From a virus: DNA of 64,000 nucleotides. The stretch is from the IMG/VR virus record IMGVR_UViG_3300008110_000023, positions 21,027 through 85,026 of that record; one strand, given 5' to 3'. Below the pieces are notes generated by a model. That model saw only the letters and a list, made by a program, of their open reading frames with translations. It had not been told where the DNA came from and searched no databases. Positions 12,001-19,196 of this stretch are shown piece after piece (the first letter of the stretch is position 1; each line of letters begins with the position of its first letter). The position numbers were made by a program, and so were the translations under genes.

Positions 12001-12063
12001 ATTGATATTTTCAGTACCTTTGATGATGAAACACTTGATAAACAAATAAAAGCTTGTGAATAA
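1..12063 (+). CDS. Giant virion RNA polymerase polyprotein (crAss-type two-barrel RNAP + zincin protease + C-terminal SF1 RecD/Dda-like helicase); 5' end lies outside the window
   Basis: Frame 1 is open from base 1, so the ATG at 418 is internal. RNAP motifs GFRIPTQ...QMGSDYDVDKLY (DxDxD at 6286-6300). HELIH zincin motif (8779-8793) with downstream EFATEA. Helicase motifs GRGGTGKT (10705-10728), IIDECSM, GDNVQLAPV, YAVTSHKAQGSTY, LYTAITRA. Confidence 0.9.
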   Translation: MQSLSALNSAAEENLEGDELIEWNNYYNSITSGTTTEETTTPSSEDTATKTLKDNFKAAFEEFDINVQQQTPKVERTDDEKLSDRIQAVLDLLKATKLNTATVTLGQIVEEVNKLFDNDIEYTKKIFNDLKDIVTLLQKMRNNPEYTLTPNYTLSDAGIVETGITIEPTILSEKTSREANVELMSRVRENDPTLNFIIDGKKIESIASVASKAISDEGTEVDETLGVFRTIYNEAGELIFNPNQDAIVDSNFITEGTVITIKVEKATGNIEEDVDTAEIAMYVTTPEGERKIGYIHLPSYAGVQTLAQGELLPSIQEQLTLIQQLRRQVLENQDSILTTTVTKRGFGNVNKKGKDANGNIPTSILSNAFAGDTRVHLGVVGLVGENKKINRNDESIPLYQATDLKAGALVILLPHPSGTVVPYYAISNPIGADTGVTTKVVNTLKDFLARKIDRKQTTMAIERYVYTVPEGNIGRKGIVIKEQDGQRSIIVDGKEVKNDKNFAEVIGSVYFNMNKSILNSKDGPAYEKEIMNSNLVRTDVQANPVTYTNESGEQVTENSYFHQVTTEFSTNLNKSAKPKVQTESTVSDIERRRQGLKTINGTLRVDLGGFSIDNVSKEFYDNILHATADPFYINLKKWINEFRKTQKPFAVIDSSEIINKYNAELVALEGKPEETGTTTKEEAERLKAIEDAKAFGFEVDDELEADIPTIFDTQNDLSAEQISMMKNNPTTLLVHPELNASTQNEAVLSIAYKALTIEPETEEVEGKEVLKSTNKELVKANFIEGARVLNNLAKTNPTNATYAKAAKTMSIVAGDEVFEKLYAKATEFIKEIGFSTEESGFYNQMEALDEVDGEEEKINQFIDEAASYEDRKTGASKRFKKFLAFIPAMELIKGKAKVSRNSLLMPTFNNYDSTFTMIANILSEYNYPSTADGLQMMINRLTATDIKNPVIKEVAAKLEKAPQKIKVEFFNIFNQQHAKFKTLRLYWQKARTFKYFHQGIGGEVKTKYAERLKPTLINSDRNKAQELVREEMLTNFKQKGVILKAVTNKLDRKTNNTTLEVNTEHNKAIYDAFVTALKDDSNYQVDSRGKVNTLFFTETGFKTMYDLLSNTGISISENAFEDFLNNHITQDGTRGHKAIAGEVLGVILKSLAGEGTVIDSETVENPFELNNPFYTEGSSINILAKYEYNTRTDVFSSSFRHAGKSFYTFVRHTPLSELVLKLKNPWRANKKENSFIRGLITRDPLSKHSLWLNKMVNPTKKGDSVFADTFNLFYEKGYRDSSEKGSTPKDLKDSIEKEHELNKIISFQAQGKDTVVFHADTHSDKTTKAFIQAIKQSVDGYTGNIEEGIQLSDDSLTDLYSYFLAEYDRILQVNEQNEDPNFPAHKKLKGYHGTKAKPGLGSVFNMYHFLNYAVLKDTNADLATMLFDSEGNLRNIPKEDMAVVSGMVKEEINNNFNRLFKKVKEDWSTLGIFFTETNKLGYTRLNINSYMDAKYYDKVVNTLGIENKAVKKVTENFNQPAIDAEVAKILDYAIVDYVVNYAIATNEMLIITGDPALHGKPSKDKGSISSKNWVLKSIADTFINVGKRNARLLASGNKGMFSKQKYNVAFVNDIEEVSEHVSDYVSWLKEFEPDYIKKKFTSNMTDAQELTTVEEHLEVMRAFGKITDNQFKTLLGLYDPAAYRDLYKEEAPAYTQKEVLENLKTVMQPMKPVQVQSVLDTDIKANVQYYIKTSSFPIIPALVKGKPMESVLKQMKEAKVDRLSFVSAVKLGEHGAKNLFIEDKLNTELFKDNVIELDRDGFSIQLEVPYKENKKEVREGTQNMKLLFMDLPDSLELELSEGNKTVEEAKREYNRIHKEIIDSALTKLLGDIGATVTEDEAGFKSYKINDFTNLSKILKEEGESRGYSINSLLGLDLNKDGQFKIPLTFNPNSAQIEPVITALLSNRLVKLKMPGKSYVLGSEVLTLEPSINKEGKQTQADINVIKDIIWVSDKYKTQGKLKYYREENGKPAMAQIIMPAYFLDKEGKQIDMTKFVKNGFLDTSKIDKELLQIMGFRIPTQGHNSMMMFEVVGFLPKTSGDLVIVPAEIAAQMGSDYDVDKLYTYHYNYYVGSKSGKLKKYSKPGNIKTKQNRLLEIQSAIIMNKEVAPYIMNPLSMDDLADAIVELNKDKKEEWIGNYSTLYQRNTYFDNAAGKIGVGISANANTNHAAFQQAGVYVKGGGVVFLKPDGTPYSDIENNAYESNSVSKYKEDKYTYPDPFSDDIIDNKKDNNTAWRLDKIFTFDGKRISDIISQWLGASVDNAKEKLLGEGGINKYNFNVSLLIARTGFGNNWIIPFINQPILKEYYAILQKLEDSTEKSFEAGKKEKAIEQLFKKYTDLYKVANPNETPGIQGVTLLELKSSLNKEINADNAAAQLNILKAFLHYETISLEVGTVQKALNTDVKGLPKNIAETAEKRDFISEHGYNSSVLGNVGKIREKVISGAFMEIPRIASQLFNRKTDGSYVYAYDSSAYKWVKTGLAQIANKEFNTEQINLIHNSLQQFIYTHPELGLYGDNYEAEKQRLLYNENLADRLLQLQEKYPKNYFLSKISAVIDTNVNNPKKIKIINTTAEQKIFIERMQQEWESAFYAEPELARFAEDMAKYTMMFNANQFGASNLIKYLPFNYLNIIGAGKVLNGLELEDSLSLINFIPQFLQHNPEFAPFAKESNFLENSAVYKKDADGKDTDIIEGFKLPSLALEFDKNDARNLIQIIKVEGEEIPVYPSFLSVYGGAELGRLLFIKVNEDFYRRVDTLGNTDFTEYNFSKNGLASTILEEQKGVVDINKKTNTIESTTTDLDQLYFTTSSVHSLLENIVIRNTFATDPLAEAYGALAEKLLEQPENGYRVVVDNSIPAVGAHNRVEKLIKLNKEALLKNNELEIQRVILHELIHKETVAKLVDNKFLETKEGQAITKVFNSFKEQLQNKALSDTEKTRGIPNEFLEAEVFKLLTEASFGENKKDLNILSLNRITNSDINSPAFKELMKSLSTNLAKVDKFKASSKLEPGTERYEAVANYIKDTFTANNIKELKPKYYMYTSILEFATEALTNTKTQEYLKTFTTINQKGEKVSLWKQFIDALTTLLKFNNVNRTLAEDAIESIIDVIDYGKPAEIITPPSISVKTFDKKNLFKVTPIQTADKKATIKASIATQYIGFGEGIAGSSTELYRQQAGALANTGNYSVNDVIFVSVPGRRGTEIQQKTQQDKTIKEAIKAVEAGATILTDNKAYIDSNSYNTGEKRLYNAMKEQGYDYSEIIIDGQLIGTWSKPTQPVTEVVETKEVINKISTPILSKKLVYTVYNPISGKNQTKNGYKLTIPEFPNFEGYITQEEITQESKEGKPELNKKTKEWTIEIVHPTKGVLNFPVGWAKTKKEVIDTFVNDINEKHSKSEEGKKILQEIGIDFIGIQPQVEVKTTEVILKYYGAYYKYNIDKDGNQVGASLYSQNGVDYISTSRDYASIIASNNYTNATTGEVFGKPKEPVIIPEEEGDNAKYELFPGVFANEGQKEALDKLDSFMASTGKDNEAFVLVGRGGTGKTTIIKKMIGKFPNLRIGGATVSHAAKDILGNSIGKGNAFTLASLLGIKLDETTGKFEIDGFSRRTKGIPIEKLDIIIIDECSMVSDLLFEELFKYKKPSAKIIFMGDNVQLAPVEQETDSITFKANKNPNNFAKLTEPMRFSAENPIFALSYIVADNVEAPESKVYTIPQSSRVTTLKEDTGIIFTNSEETALSMLVEDIKQELEKEVPNTKAVKAVTFNNELNNATQSVKNLNLKIRQKLWGEEAKNQFNINELLTAYSTFGGENPAFYNSENLIVKEVSEVKDVEYNIGVFDFKFKTVYLTLQKSDGTIVSNIPTVAKEDLERYNKEVKALKSNPDGRIKSIGFKLSEELANLQYGYAVTSHKAQGSTYTNVYVFEDNILGNSNLSAPKDKNRALYTAITRASKKLVLMGKFNINNEMNNLNDIDIFSTFDDETLDKQIKACE

Positions 12064-12064
12064 T

Positions 12065-15000
12065 ATGGATTGTCCCAATTTAAATTTAAAATTCTATAAG
12101 AAGTTAACTTCTCAGTTTGGTAAGAAAACTGCCTATCAATGGCATAATATTATAAAAACTGAGAGGTTTATAACCTGGTTTGGTTTTGGCAAAGTAGATA
12201 GTGAAGGTATGCCTAATATTGACAGGTTTGGTAACATTACTAATGGTAAAAGCCAAACTTATAGGGTATTAGGTAAAAGTAACTTTAACAGTGTTAAGGA
12301 CTTAACTAACTTCTTATCTAGTAATTATACTGAAGGTATTAGATTATATAAAGGTAGTTACTACTTAGCTAAAACTATGGATAGTAGAGAGTATGGTAGA
12401 GCTACTTTAGAAAGTCTAAATAAGCATTATCCAGGACTAATAACTCAATTACCAGTAAGTGATAATGTTTTAAAAGCAGATTATACACACAGACTAGAGA
12501 TCAATAAAAACTATTTTAATAAGCCTAACTTAGAAGAACAATTTGATATAGATGTAGATGCATTACCAGACATGCCAATGCAACTTACTAATATACCTAG
12601 ATTAGAATCTGGAGAAAAAACTATAAGTATAAGACCTACTAATTATAGAACAGGTATATATAAGTATGGAGATAAAGCTTATAAAATAAGTAATAAAGAT
12701 ACATGGAACGTTGATGAATACCTTGATTTTCATAATATTACTTTAGAAGAACTTATAGAAAGATTTTCAGGAGATGATCAAATTAAATATGAACATATAC
12801 AAGATTGGTTACAAGGTAAAGGACCTAAAATGTATGTATATGAAATTAATAGGAATATTGATGAAAATGATGTTAATACATTTACTGATGATCCAAGATA
12901 CACATCTGAGATTAAAAGATTAGAATTATTAGTAATTAAATTAGAAAGAAGAAAAAAACTATCTACTTTATCAGCTAATGAAAAAGAGTCTTTAAGACTA
13001 CAAATTAAAGATTTAAAAGACACAATTAAAGAACTTAAAGATGATGCTAGTAGGAGTTTATCTTTAATAATAAGTAATGCAGAAACACATATAGCACAAG
13101 TAAGAAATATATTAGCTAAAGAAGTTAACTATCATAATGTAACAAGTTCTTTAGAGTTAGTAATGCCCTATATACAACTATTTAATGAATTTACTGAATT
13201 AACAGCAGTAGAACAAAAAAAGGTAGATGCTCTTATTGCTGCTATTAGTAAATTAGAAGCAGAAGCTAAGAAAGCAATGGCTATAAAAGCTAATAGTGTA
13301 GTAAGAAATGTAGTAGGAAAAGAAATTCTAATTAATGGAGTTGCTATTCCAGTTAAAGATGATAATACTATATCAGCATATTCTTTAGGATCTTCTAATT
13401 CTACTAATGCTATAGCTCAGACTATAACTAAAAAGATAAAAGATGTAGAAAATACAGTTGATTCTGAAAACAGATTCTTTTTAGAAGAACATGAAAGACT
13501 TGTACAAGAATTAAAAGAATACCAAAAAGCAAAAGGTATTAAAGAAGAAGACATGTATAGATATATGATACAAGAAGATCATGAAGGAAATCCAAATGGT
13601 CTTTTTGTAGGAGCTTTAAACTCTGGATACTATGAAGCACAAAAAGAAGCTAAAAGTAAAAGTCTTGTTGATTTCTTAAAATTCTTAGGTAAAGAACACA
13701 CTCTTTCTGTAAATGAAGAAAAGTTTGATGCTTATAAAGAAAGTATAAAAAAATGGGCAGATGATCAAACATGGATAGCATCTCCTAAATCAGGAAAAAC
13801 TAATGAAGAATATAAACAAAGTGTAATAACTAAGAAAATAAACCAAGCTAATCCTCAGACTTTAATAAATATTGTTAACAAATTACAAGAGGGAAAAACT
13901 ATTACTTATGGAGAAACAAAGTTTGTAGATCAGTTTTTGAAAAACAATAACATGCGTCTATTAAACAAACAAGCTCATAGTAAATGGAAAGATGGTAAGT
14001 ATGATACTATTATGGAGTTAGATGAAGACAATCCTCTTAAAAAGTTTTATACGCATTTTACTACTAATATAAACAAAGGTAGAAGAGAACTTGGTGAGTT
14101 CTTTGATGAAAGGTATTTACATTACAATTATATTCCAGAAGTAAGTAAAAATAGCAGTTTCTTTAGAGAGATTGGTAATAAACTTAAGAATTCATTCACA
14201 GAGTTTCCTAACCATAGTAGTGTTACTGATACTGATATTATAACAGGAAGAGCAATGCATCAAATACCTGTATGGTCTTTATCTGGTAAAATGGATGCCT
14301 CTCAAAAATCATATGATTTAGGTAATGTACTAAAAGTATTTACAGCTCAGAAGTTTAATAAGATATACAAAGAACAAATACAAGATGATGTTAATTTACT
14401 ACTTACAGTATTAAATGAACAAGAAATGTATGAAACTGATAGTAAAGGTAATATTATTGAACAAATAGTTGGAGGTAAAAAAGTACCTGTAATTAAAAAG
14501 AATCCTAATAGTAATACTTATAAAGCTGCTCAATATTTAGTAGATTCTAATATCTATGAACAAAGACAGAATAAAGATGGTGTATTAATGACTATCTATG
14601 ATAAGGATACTAAAGAAAGATTAGCAGAGTATGTTAAAATACAAAAAGAAAGAGGTTATTCAGATGCTGATATAAATAAAAACAAATATGTTGGTTTAAA
14701 AGAAACTGAAATTAATGAGTATCAAATAATAGAAAAACAATATAAAGAAGTTACTGGTAAAAAGATAGCTAATAACCTTATATATTTAACTACTTTAAAA
14801 GGATTAGCTTTAAATCCATTCTCAGGTATATCAGAGTTTATTCAAGGGTTAACATCTGTATTTACTGAAGCAGCTGGTAATGAATTTTATAGTGATGCTA
14901 ATGCTAAAAGAGCTTTAGGTTTAATACTTCATTCTACTAATCCTAAAATCAATAGAAAGAAAATACAACAACTATTAGGAGTATTTGGCTTAGATGAAGC

Positions 15001-16009
15001 TGTGCATACAGAAGTAGAAACAGACTCTTTATTAGATAAATCTTTTTACTTTTTAAAAGAAGCCAACTACAGAACAAGGGGTTTGAATTTATTAGCTATG
15101 CTAGACGCTGAAATAGTTAAAGATAAAAATGGAGTGGAACATAAACTACTAGATGTAATAGATGTAGAAAAAGGACATGTTGTTTTAAACAGTAATTTTG
15201 ATGAATTGTTTACTACATTTGACGCTGATGGTAAACCTAAGTTAACTGCAGAGTTTAATAAACTACAACAAAAGATAGCTTTTATGACTAAGTCTTTATT
15301 ATCTAGAGATAGTAGTAAAGACCCTATTTTAACAAATAAAAGTGCTATTGGTAGACTACTAGGACAGTTTAGACAGTCTTGGATGTTTGAAGGTATTAAC
15401 AGAAGATTTGGTAAAGAAAAAGATATACCATTATTAGGTAGAAAAACTAAAGGTTACTATGTAAGTGTACTTATTAACAAAGATGGTAAAGTAGACTTTG
15501 GTAGAGCTTTAAGATTACTATGGAGTTATAAGTTTGATAAAGATACTTTAGCCAAAGAAAATCTATCAGATTTAGATGAAGCCAATATTAGAAAAGTACT
15601 AAGAGAGGCCAGTATAGTTGCTTCTACATTAGCTGCTTATGCAATAGCTACTTTAGCATTAATGGGAGATGATGATGATGAAGAAGAGGAAGGTATATTA
15701 TACAGATCAGTATTTACTTATATACTAAACCAATCTTATAGAGTAAATAGAGATTTAACTTTCTACTTAAACCCTGACTCTGCTGCAGAGCTTACTAAAA
15801 ATATAATGCCTGCATTAAAAACAGTTACAGATCTTAAGGATATCTTTGATGCATTTACAAGAACTCTTTTATTTGATCCTTATATATATGAAGGTACTAA
15901 AAAAGAAAGACTAAGATTACTTAAAGAGTTTGAAGAGGCATTTCCTTTTATTAATCAACCAAGGAGAATGTATAAAAAAATATCAGAATCTGATAAGTTT
16001 TTACAATAA
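12065..16009 (+). CDS. Large crAss-like virion cargo/ejection protein with probable C-terminal transmembrane helix and an ASCH-like insert
   Basis: 1317-aa ORF (track start GTG 12056; ATG 12065 more likely) right after the RNAP gene. N-terminal MxCPNxN, helical/coiled-coil body, LLGQFR motif, and a hydrophobic ASIVASTLAAYAIATLALMG segment followed by an acidic run. Confidence 0.6.
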   Translation: MDCPNLNLKFYKKLTSQFGKKTAYQWHNIIKTERFITWFGFGKVDSEGMPNIDRFGNITNGKSQTYRVLGKSNFNSVKDLTNFLSSNYTEGIRLYKGSYYLAKTMDSREYGRATLESLNKHYPGLITQLPVSDNVLKADYTHRLEINKNYFNKPNLEEQFDIDVDALPDMPMQLTNIPRLESGEKTISIRPTNYRTGIYKYGDKAYKISNKDTWNVDEYLDFHNITLEELIERFSGDDQIKYEHIQDWLQGKGPKMYVYEINRNIDENDVNTFTDDPRYTSEIKRLELLVIKLERRKKLSTLSANEKESLRLQIKDLKDTIKELKDDASRSLSLIISNAETHIAQVRNILAKEVNYHNVTSSLELVMPYIQLFNEFTELTAVEQKKVDALIAAISKLEAEAKKAMAIKANSVVRNVVGKEILINGVAIPVKDDNTISAYSLGSSNSTNAIAQTITKKIKDVENTVDSENRFFLEEHERLVQELKEYQKAKGIKEEDMYRYMIQEDHEGNPNGLFVGALNSGYYEAQKEAKSKSLVDFLKFLGKEHTLSVNEEKFDAYKESIKKWADDQTWIASPKSGKTNEEYKQSVITKKINQANPQTLINIVNKLQEGKTITYGETKFVDQFLKNNNMRLLNKQAHSKWKDGKYDTIMELDEDNPLKKFYTHFTTNINKGRRELGEFFDERYLHYNYIPEVSKNSSFFREIGNKLKNSFTEFPNHSSVTDTDIITGRAMHQIPVWSLSGKMDASQKSYDLGNVLKVFTAQKFNKIYKEQIQDDVNLLLTVLNEQEMYETDSKGNIIEQIVGGKKVPVIKKNPNSNTYKAAQYLVDSNIYEQRQNKDGVLMTIYDKDTKERLAEYVKIQKERGYSDADINKNKYVGLKETEINEYQIIEKQYKEVTGKKIANNLIYLTTLKGLALNPFSGISEFIQGLTSVFTEAAGNEFYSDANAKRALGLILHSTNPKINRKKIQQLLGVFGLDEAVHTEVETDSLLDKSFYFLKEANYRTRGLNLLAMLDAEIVKDKNGVEHKLLDVIDVEKGHVVLNSNFDELFTTFDADGKPKLTAEFNKLQQKIAFMTKSLLSRDSSKDPILTNKSAIGRLLGQFRQSWMFEGINRRFGKEKDIPLLGRKTKGYYVSVLINKDGKVDFGRALRLLWSYKFDKDTLAKENLSDLDEANIRKVLREASIVASTLAAYAIATLALMGDDDDEEEEGILYRSVFTYILNQSYRVNRDLTFYLNPDSAAELTKNIMPALKTVTDLKDIFDAFTRTLLFDPYIYEGTKKERLRLLKEFEEAFPFINQPRRMYKKISESDKFLQ

Positions 16010-16022
16010 TTGAAGGCGTAGT

Positions 16023-16065
16023 AAAAAAAATCCCCTTAGGAAAACCTAGGGGGATTATTTTATTT
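16023..16065. terminator. Bidirectional intrinsic terminator between convergent gene blocks
   Basis: 11-bp stem ATCCCCTTAGG-AAAA-CCTAGGGGGAT (16030-16055), with an A8 run on the left and a T-rich run on the right. Confidence 0.85.
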
Positions 16066-16320
16066 GTTTGTAATTTCATTAAAATACAGTTTTCTTATAC
16101 TATCATAAGATTCTTCATTGAAATTGTCTATTATTTTACCTTCCTTATCTTGTTTAATAAGTCCTAGTACAAATAATGCTTGACAAAATCTAAGATCCTT
16201 ATTTTTCTCATCTTCAAAAAACTGTCTTAATTTATTGCAAATTTGGACATTAGCTGCTTGTCTTGACATTTCTTCTATATTTAAGTTCATCTCTAAATAC
16301 TTCATCATAAAAAGGTACAT
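16060..16320 (-). CDS. Hypothetical protein
   Basis: ORF track; true start probably at MSRQAAN near 16270. Confidence 0.55.
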   Translation of the reverse strand: MYLFMMKYLEMNLNIEEMSRQAANVQICNKLRQFFEDEKNKDLRFCQALFVLGLIKQDKEGKIIDNFNEESYDSIRKLYFNEITNK

Positions 16321-16702
16321 GTCTTACATAATTACCTTCTATGATATTTTCTATATGGTCAGTATCTAGGTCTTTAATATGTTTCCATATAGTACCTTCT
16401 TCTATCCATTTACCTTCTTTGGTATAATTAATTCCCCAGAATAAACATTCTCTTCTAGTCTCATGATTTTCATCATCCATTACAGATAAATCTTCATAGT
16501 CAAAAACATCTGCTGTTCTTCTTAAGTAATTAAGACCTCCATCTACACAATATCTTCTACCATTAGCATCTATATGGCATACATAATCATGCCTATATTT
16601 ACTTACAATAACAGTACCATCTGGAGTTCTAATTGCATTATATAAAATTCTAACTTTATTAGATTCTATTTTTACTTCATAATTTTTTTCACTAGCATCC
16701 AT
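16250..16702 (-). CDS. Conserved phage hypothetical protein
   Basis: NAIRTPDGT..S..RHDY...VDGG..YLRR pattern typical of a widespread phage family. Confidence 0.65.
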   Translation of the reverse strand: MDASEKNYEVKIESNKVRILYNAIRTPDGTVIVSKYRHDYVCHIDANGRRYCVDGGLNYLRRTADVFDYEDLSVMDDENHETRRECLFWGINYTKEGKWIEEGTIWKHIKDLDTDHIENIIEGNYVRHVPFYDEVFRDELKYRRNVKTSS

Positions 16703-17159
16703 GTTCAGGTATATTATTTATTCCAGTACTACCAAAGCCACCATTACCTCTAATAGTGTTATCTAGATCATCTACTTCTTTAAGTACACAACCACTTAAT
16801 TTATTAAAAACTCCTTGTGCTATCCTATCTCCATGGTTTACTACAAATTTGTATTGTCCATGGTTAATTAAGATAATACCAATAGGTCCTCTATAATCAC
16901 AATCTATAGTACCTGGACTATTAAGTACAGTTACTTGATTATTTAATGCTAAACCACTTCTTGGTCTTATTTGTAATTCAGTACCTATTGGTAATTGCAT
17001 AGCTAATCCAGTTGGTATTAACATACTATGGCCAGGTTCTAATACTACAAAGTCTTTTTCTGCATCTAAGCATGCATATAAGTCAAACCCAGCTGCGCCA
17101 GGAGTGGCATATTCTGGGATTTGTGCAAACTTACTTAACTTCTTTACTTTTATTCTCAT
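16692..17159 (-). CDS. dut: Trimeric dUTPase
   Basis: AAGFDL, RPRSGLA, GTIDCDYRG, DRIAQ and RGNGGFGSTG motifs. Confidence 0.96.
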   Translation of the reverse strand: MRIKVKKLSKFAQIPEYATPGAAGFDLYACLDAEKDFVVLEPGHSMLIPTGLAMQLPIGTELQIRPRSGLALNNQVTVLNSPGTIDCDYRGPIGIILINHGQYKFVVNHGDRIAQGVFNKLSGCVLKEVDDLDNTIRGNGGFGSTGINNIPEHGC

Positions 17160-17177
17160 GTGTTTTAGTTTTAAATG

Positions 17178-18257
17178 TTATTTATCTAGCCTTATACCTA
17201 CCATTACTGGAAATCTTGGTAATCCATCATCTGTATACTCAAAGAATCTTATCTCTGCAGTTTTACCAATATAGTCTTGTTTATTAATTAATAGATCTTT
17301 TCTTTCATCATGTGACAACTTAGTTCCTGCTCTAAATGTACCTTGAGGTATATTTAATACAGGAATACCCCATTCTGGTCTAGCTTCTGCAGGTATAATA
17401 TCTATAACTTCAGCTGTAATATCTTGAAAGTCTTTGTACTTTAATAAATTACTAGATCTAGCATCTACTTTATAGTTTGTATTACCATGTCTAAGAATAG
17501 TACCTTCATAACCTTCTTTAATAAACTGCATATGATATTGCTTTAATTCTTTCTCTGAGTTAATCTTGTAAGTTGTTACCAATAACAAAGAATTACTATT
17601 AATAGTCTCTACTATCTTGTTTAACTTAGACAATCTTTCTATGTATGGTAGTTGTTCAACTAAGTCATACACATGTAGAACAACTGTCTCACTTTTGGCG
17701 GGATTATACTTTTTAATGAGACTCATGTTCTCCTGGAAAGTATTACCATGTGCGTATAACTCACCGTCTAAGATAACATCATCTGCTAAGTTACTTAAGA
17801 TAGCTTTAATATGATCCATGTTCTTTATCTGCTCTCCTTGTCTAGAAATAAGCTGTACTTCTCCATTAACTTTATAAGCAAGACATCTCATACCATCTAA
17901 CTTAGGTTGTACACAAACAAATGCATTCCAATCTACTTTTTTAGCCTCTTTATTATAATCTTTAGCTAACATAGGTAAGATAACCTCTTTAGTTTGTGCT
18001 TCTTGTTCTGTGTAGAAATAACCCTCTGTTAATTTTTCAGCTAACTTAGAACTCATTTCTAACAGTGCTTGTTCTTGTGGTGTAGTAACATTACTTTTAC
18101 CTACATTCTTACTTGTACAAACTTTCCTATGGAAAATGGGATTTTCTGTATTTACAACACCAGATTCTTGTATAAAACAATCTCCTTCAGCGCTAAGTAC
18201 TACATATCTTATTTTACCTTTAGTATCTTTCTTATAAAGTGTTACTGTTGATTCCAT
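17178..18257 (-). CDS. ATP-dependent DNA ligase
   Basis: QPKLDGMR (KxDG), LDGELY, EGTILR, LLKYK and C-terminal PRFP. Confidence 0.93.
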   Translation of the reverse strand: MESTVTLYKKDTKGKIRYVVLSAEGDCFIQESGVVNTENPIFHRKVCTSKNVGKSNVTTPQEQALLEMSSKLAEKLTEGYFYTEQEAQTKEVILPMLAKDYNKEAKKVDWNAFVCVQPKLDGMRCLAYKVNGEVQLISRQGEQIKNMDHIKAILSNLADDVILDGELYAHGNTFQENMSLIKKYNPAKSETVVLHVYDLVEQLPYIERLSKLNKIVETINSNSLLLVTTYKINSEKELKQYHMQFIKEGYEGTILRHGNTNYKVDARSSNLLKYKDFQDITAEVIDIIPAEARPEWGIPVLNIPQGTFRAGTKLSHDERKDLLINKQDYIGKTAEIRFFEYTDDGLPRFPVMVGIRLDK

Positions 18258-18474
18258 CTTTAATAATTTTAATTAAATTTATATCTAAAAAATAATCACA
18301 ATGATTAATAGCATAATCAAATGGTTGATTATTAAAGAATAATTTTTTTTCTAAGTTTTCAACATCAGTGTACCTAAGACATTTTAACTTCTTAGGACAC
18401 TCATGATCATTGCATAATGTATACTTCATATTAAATATGTTTCCATAAATCTTTTCTAACAATCTTATGTACAT
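18232..18474 (-). CDS. Small Cys-rich hypothetical protein
   Basis: CxxxxCPxxxxCxRY...CxYF; likely starts at MKYTLC (~18429). Confidence 0.55.
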   Translation of the reverse strand: MYIRLLEKIYGNIFNMKYTLCNDHECPKKLKCLRYTDVENLEKKLFFNNQPFDYAINHCDYFLDINLIKIIKDGINSNTL

Positions 18475-19195
18475 GGCCTTTAGTTATTCCATACTTAGCT
18501 ACTAACTCAGGAATTGTATATCCTTGTTCTCTAAGTTTTCTTAATTCAAGTACTTGTTCTTCATTGATTTTAGAAAATCTGTTTTTACTGCCTGTTAATT
18601 GTGCTCTCTTTTGAACTATCCTATTTATTACAACAGCCTTTCTATCTTCTTCAAAGTCTTTTCTAATATCTTTTCTAATTCTTGTTAGCCATTCTCTGAT
18701 AGTCTTTTCTTTACCACTTGTTATTTCAACAACTTCAAGAGTATTATAACCTTGTATATACAATTTCAAAATTGTAGATTGATTTTTATTTTTATGGTTA
18801 TCAATATACTCTGTTAAGTCTTTTGCAAATAATCTACTTTCTGGAGTATCCAATGAAGGTATTTGGTAAAAGATATTATTAACTTCAGTATCATCATTCT
18901 CATGTTCTTCTGTAATAAAATCAGAAAATGGTAATTCTACTCCTCTTATTCTTGCTATGGAAGCCACTCTATGTTTTAATCTAAAAGCTCTATGTTTAGC
19001 TATTTTAACTAAAAAGGCTTTTAGTGCTTGTACGGATAAAAATTCATTAGTTGTGTTCTTAACATACTTATGAAATTCAATATAAGCTTCTTGAATGGCA
19101 TCTTCACATAAATTAAATTCATATTTACTATTAAGTAGACAAGTCATTAAATATGTCCTGTACTTATTAAAATCATAAATGTTAGCTTCTATCAT
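18431..19195 (-). CDS. ECF/sigma-70-like factor (regions 2 and 4) with an extra C-terminal HTH
   Basis: Region 2-like CEDAIQEAY...LKAFLVKIAKHRA and region 4-like ILKLYIQGYNTLEV...EKTIREWLTRIRK. C-terminal SKINEEQV.ELR...TIPELVAKYGITKGHVHKIV HTH. Confidence 0.7.
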   Translation of the reverse strand: MIEANIYDFNKYRTYLMTCLLNSKYEFNLCEDAIQEAYIEFHKYVKNTTNEFLSVQALKAFLVKIAKHRAFRLKHRVASIARIRGVELPFSDFITEEHENDDTEVNNIFYQIPSLDTPESRLFAKDLTEYIDNHKNKNQSTILKLYIQGYNTLEVVEITSGKEKTIREWLTRIRKDIRKDFEEDRKAVVINRIVQKRAQLTGSKNRFSKINEEQVLELRKLREQGYTIPELVAKYGITKGHVHKIVRKDLWKHI

Positions 19196-19196
19196 A

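Noticed and set aside
78-13023. Short minus-strand ORFs opposite the giant genes (and similar antisense ORFs elsewhere, e.g. 47684-48145, 60927-61208)
   Set aside because: They are shadow frames of strongly biased coding sequence with no motifs or start context.
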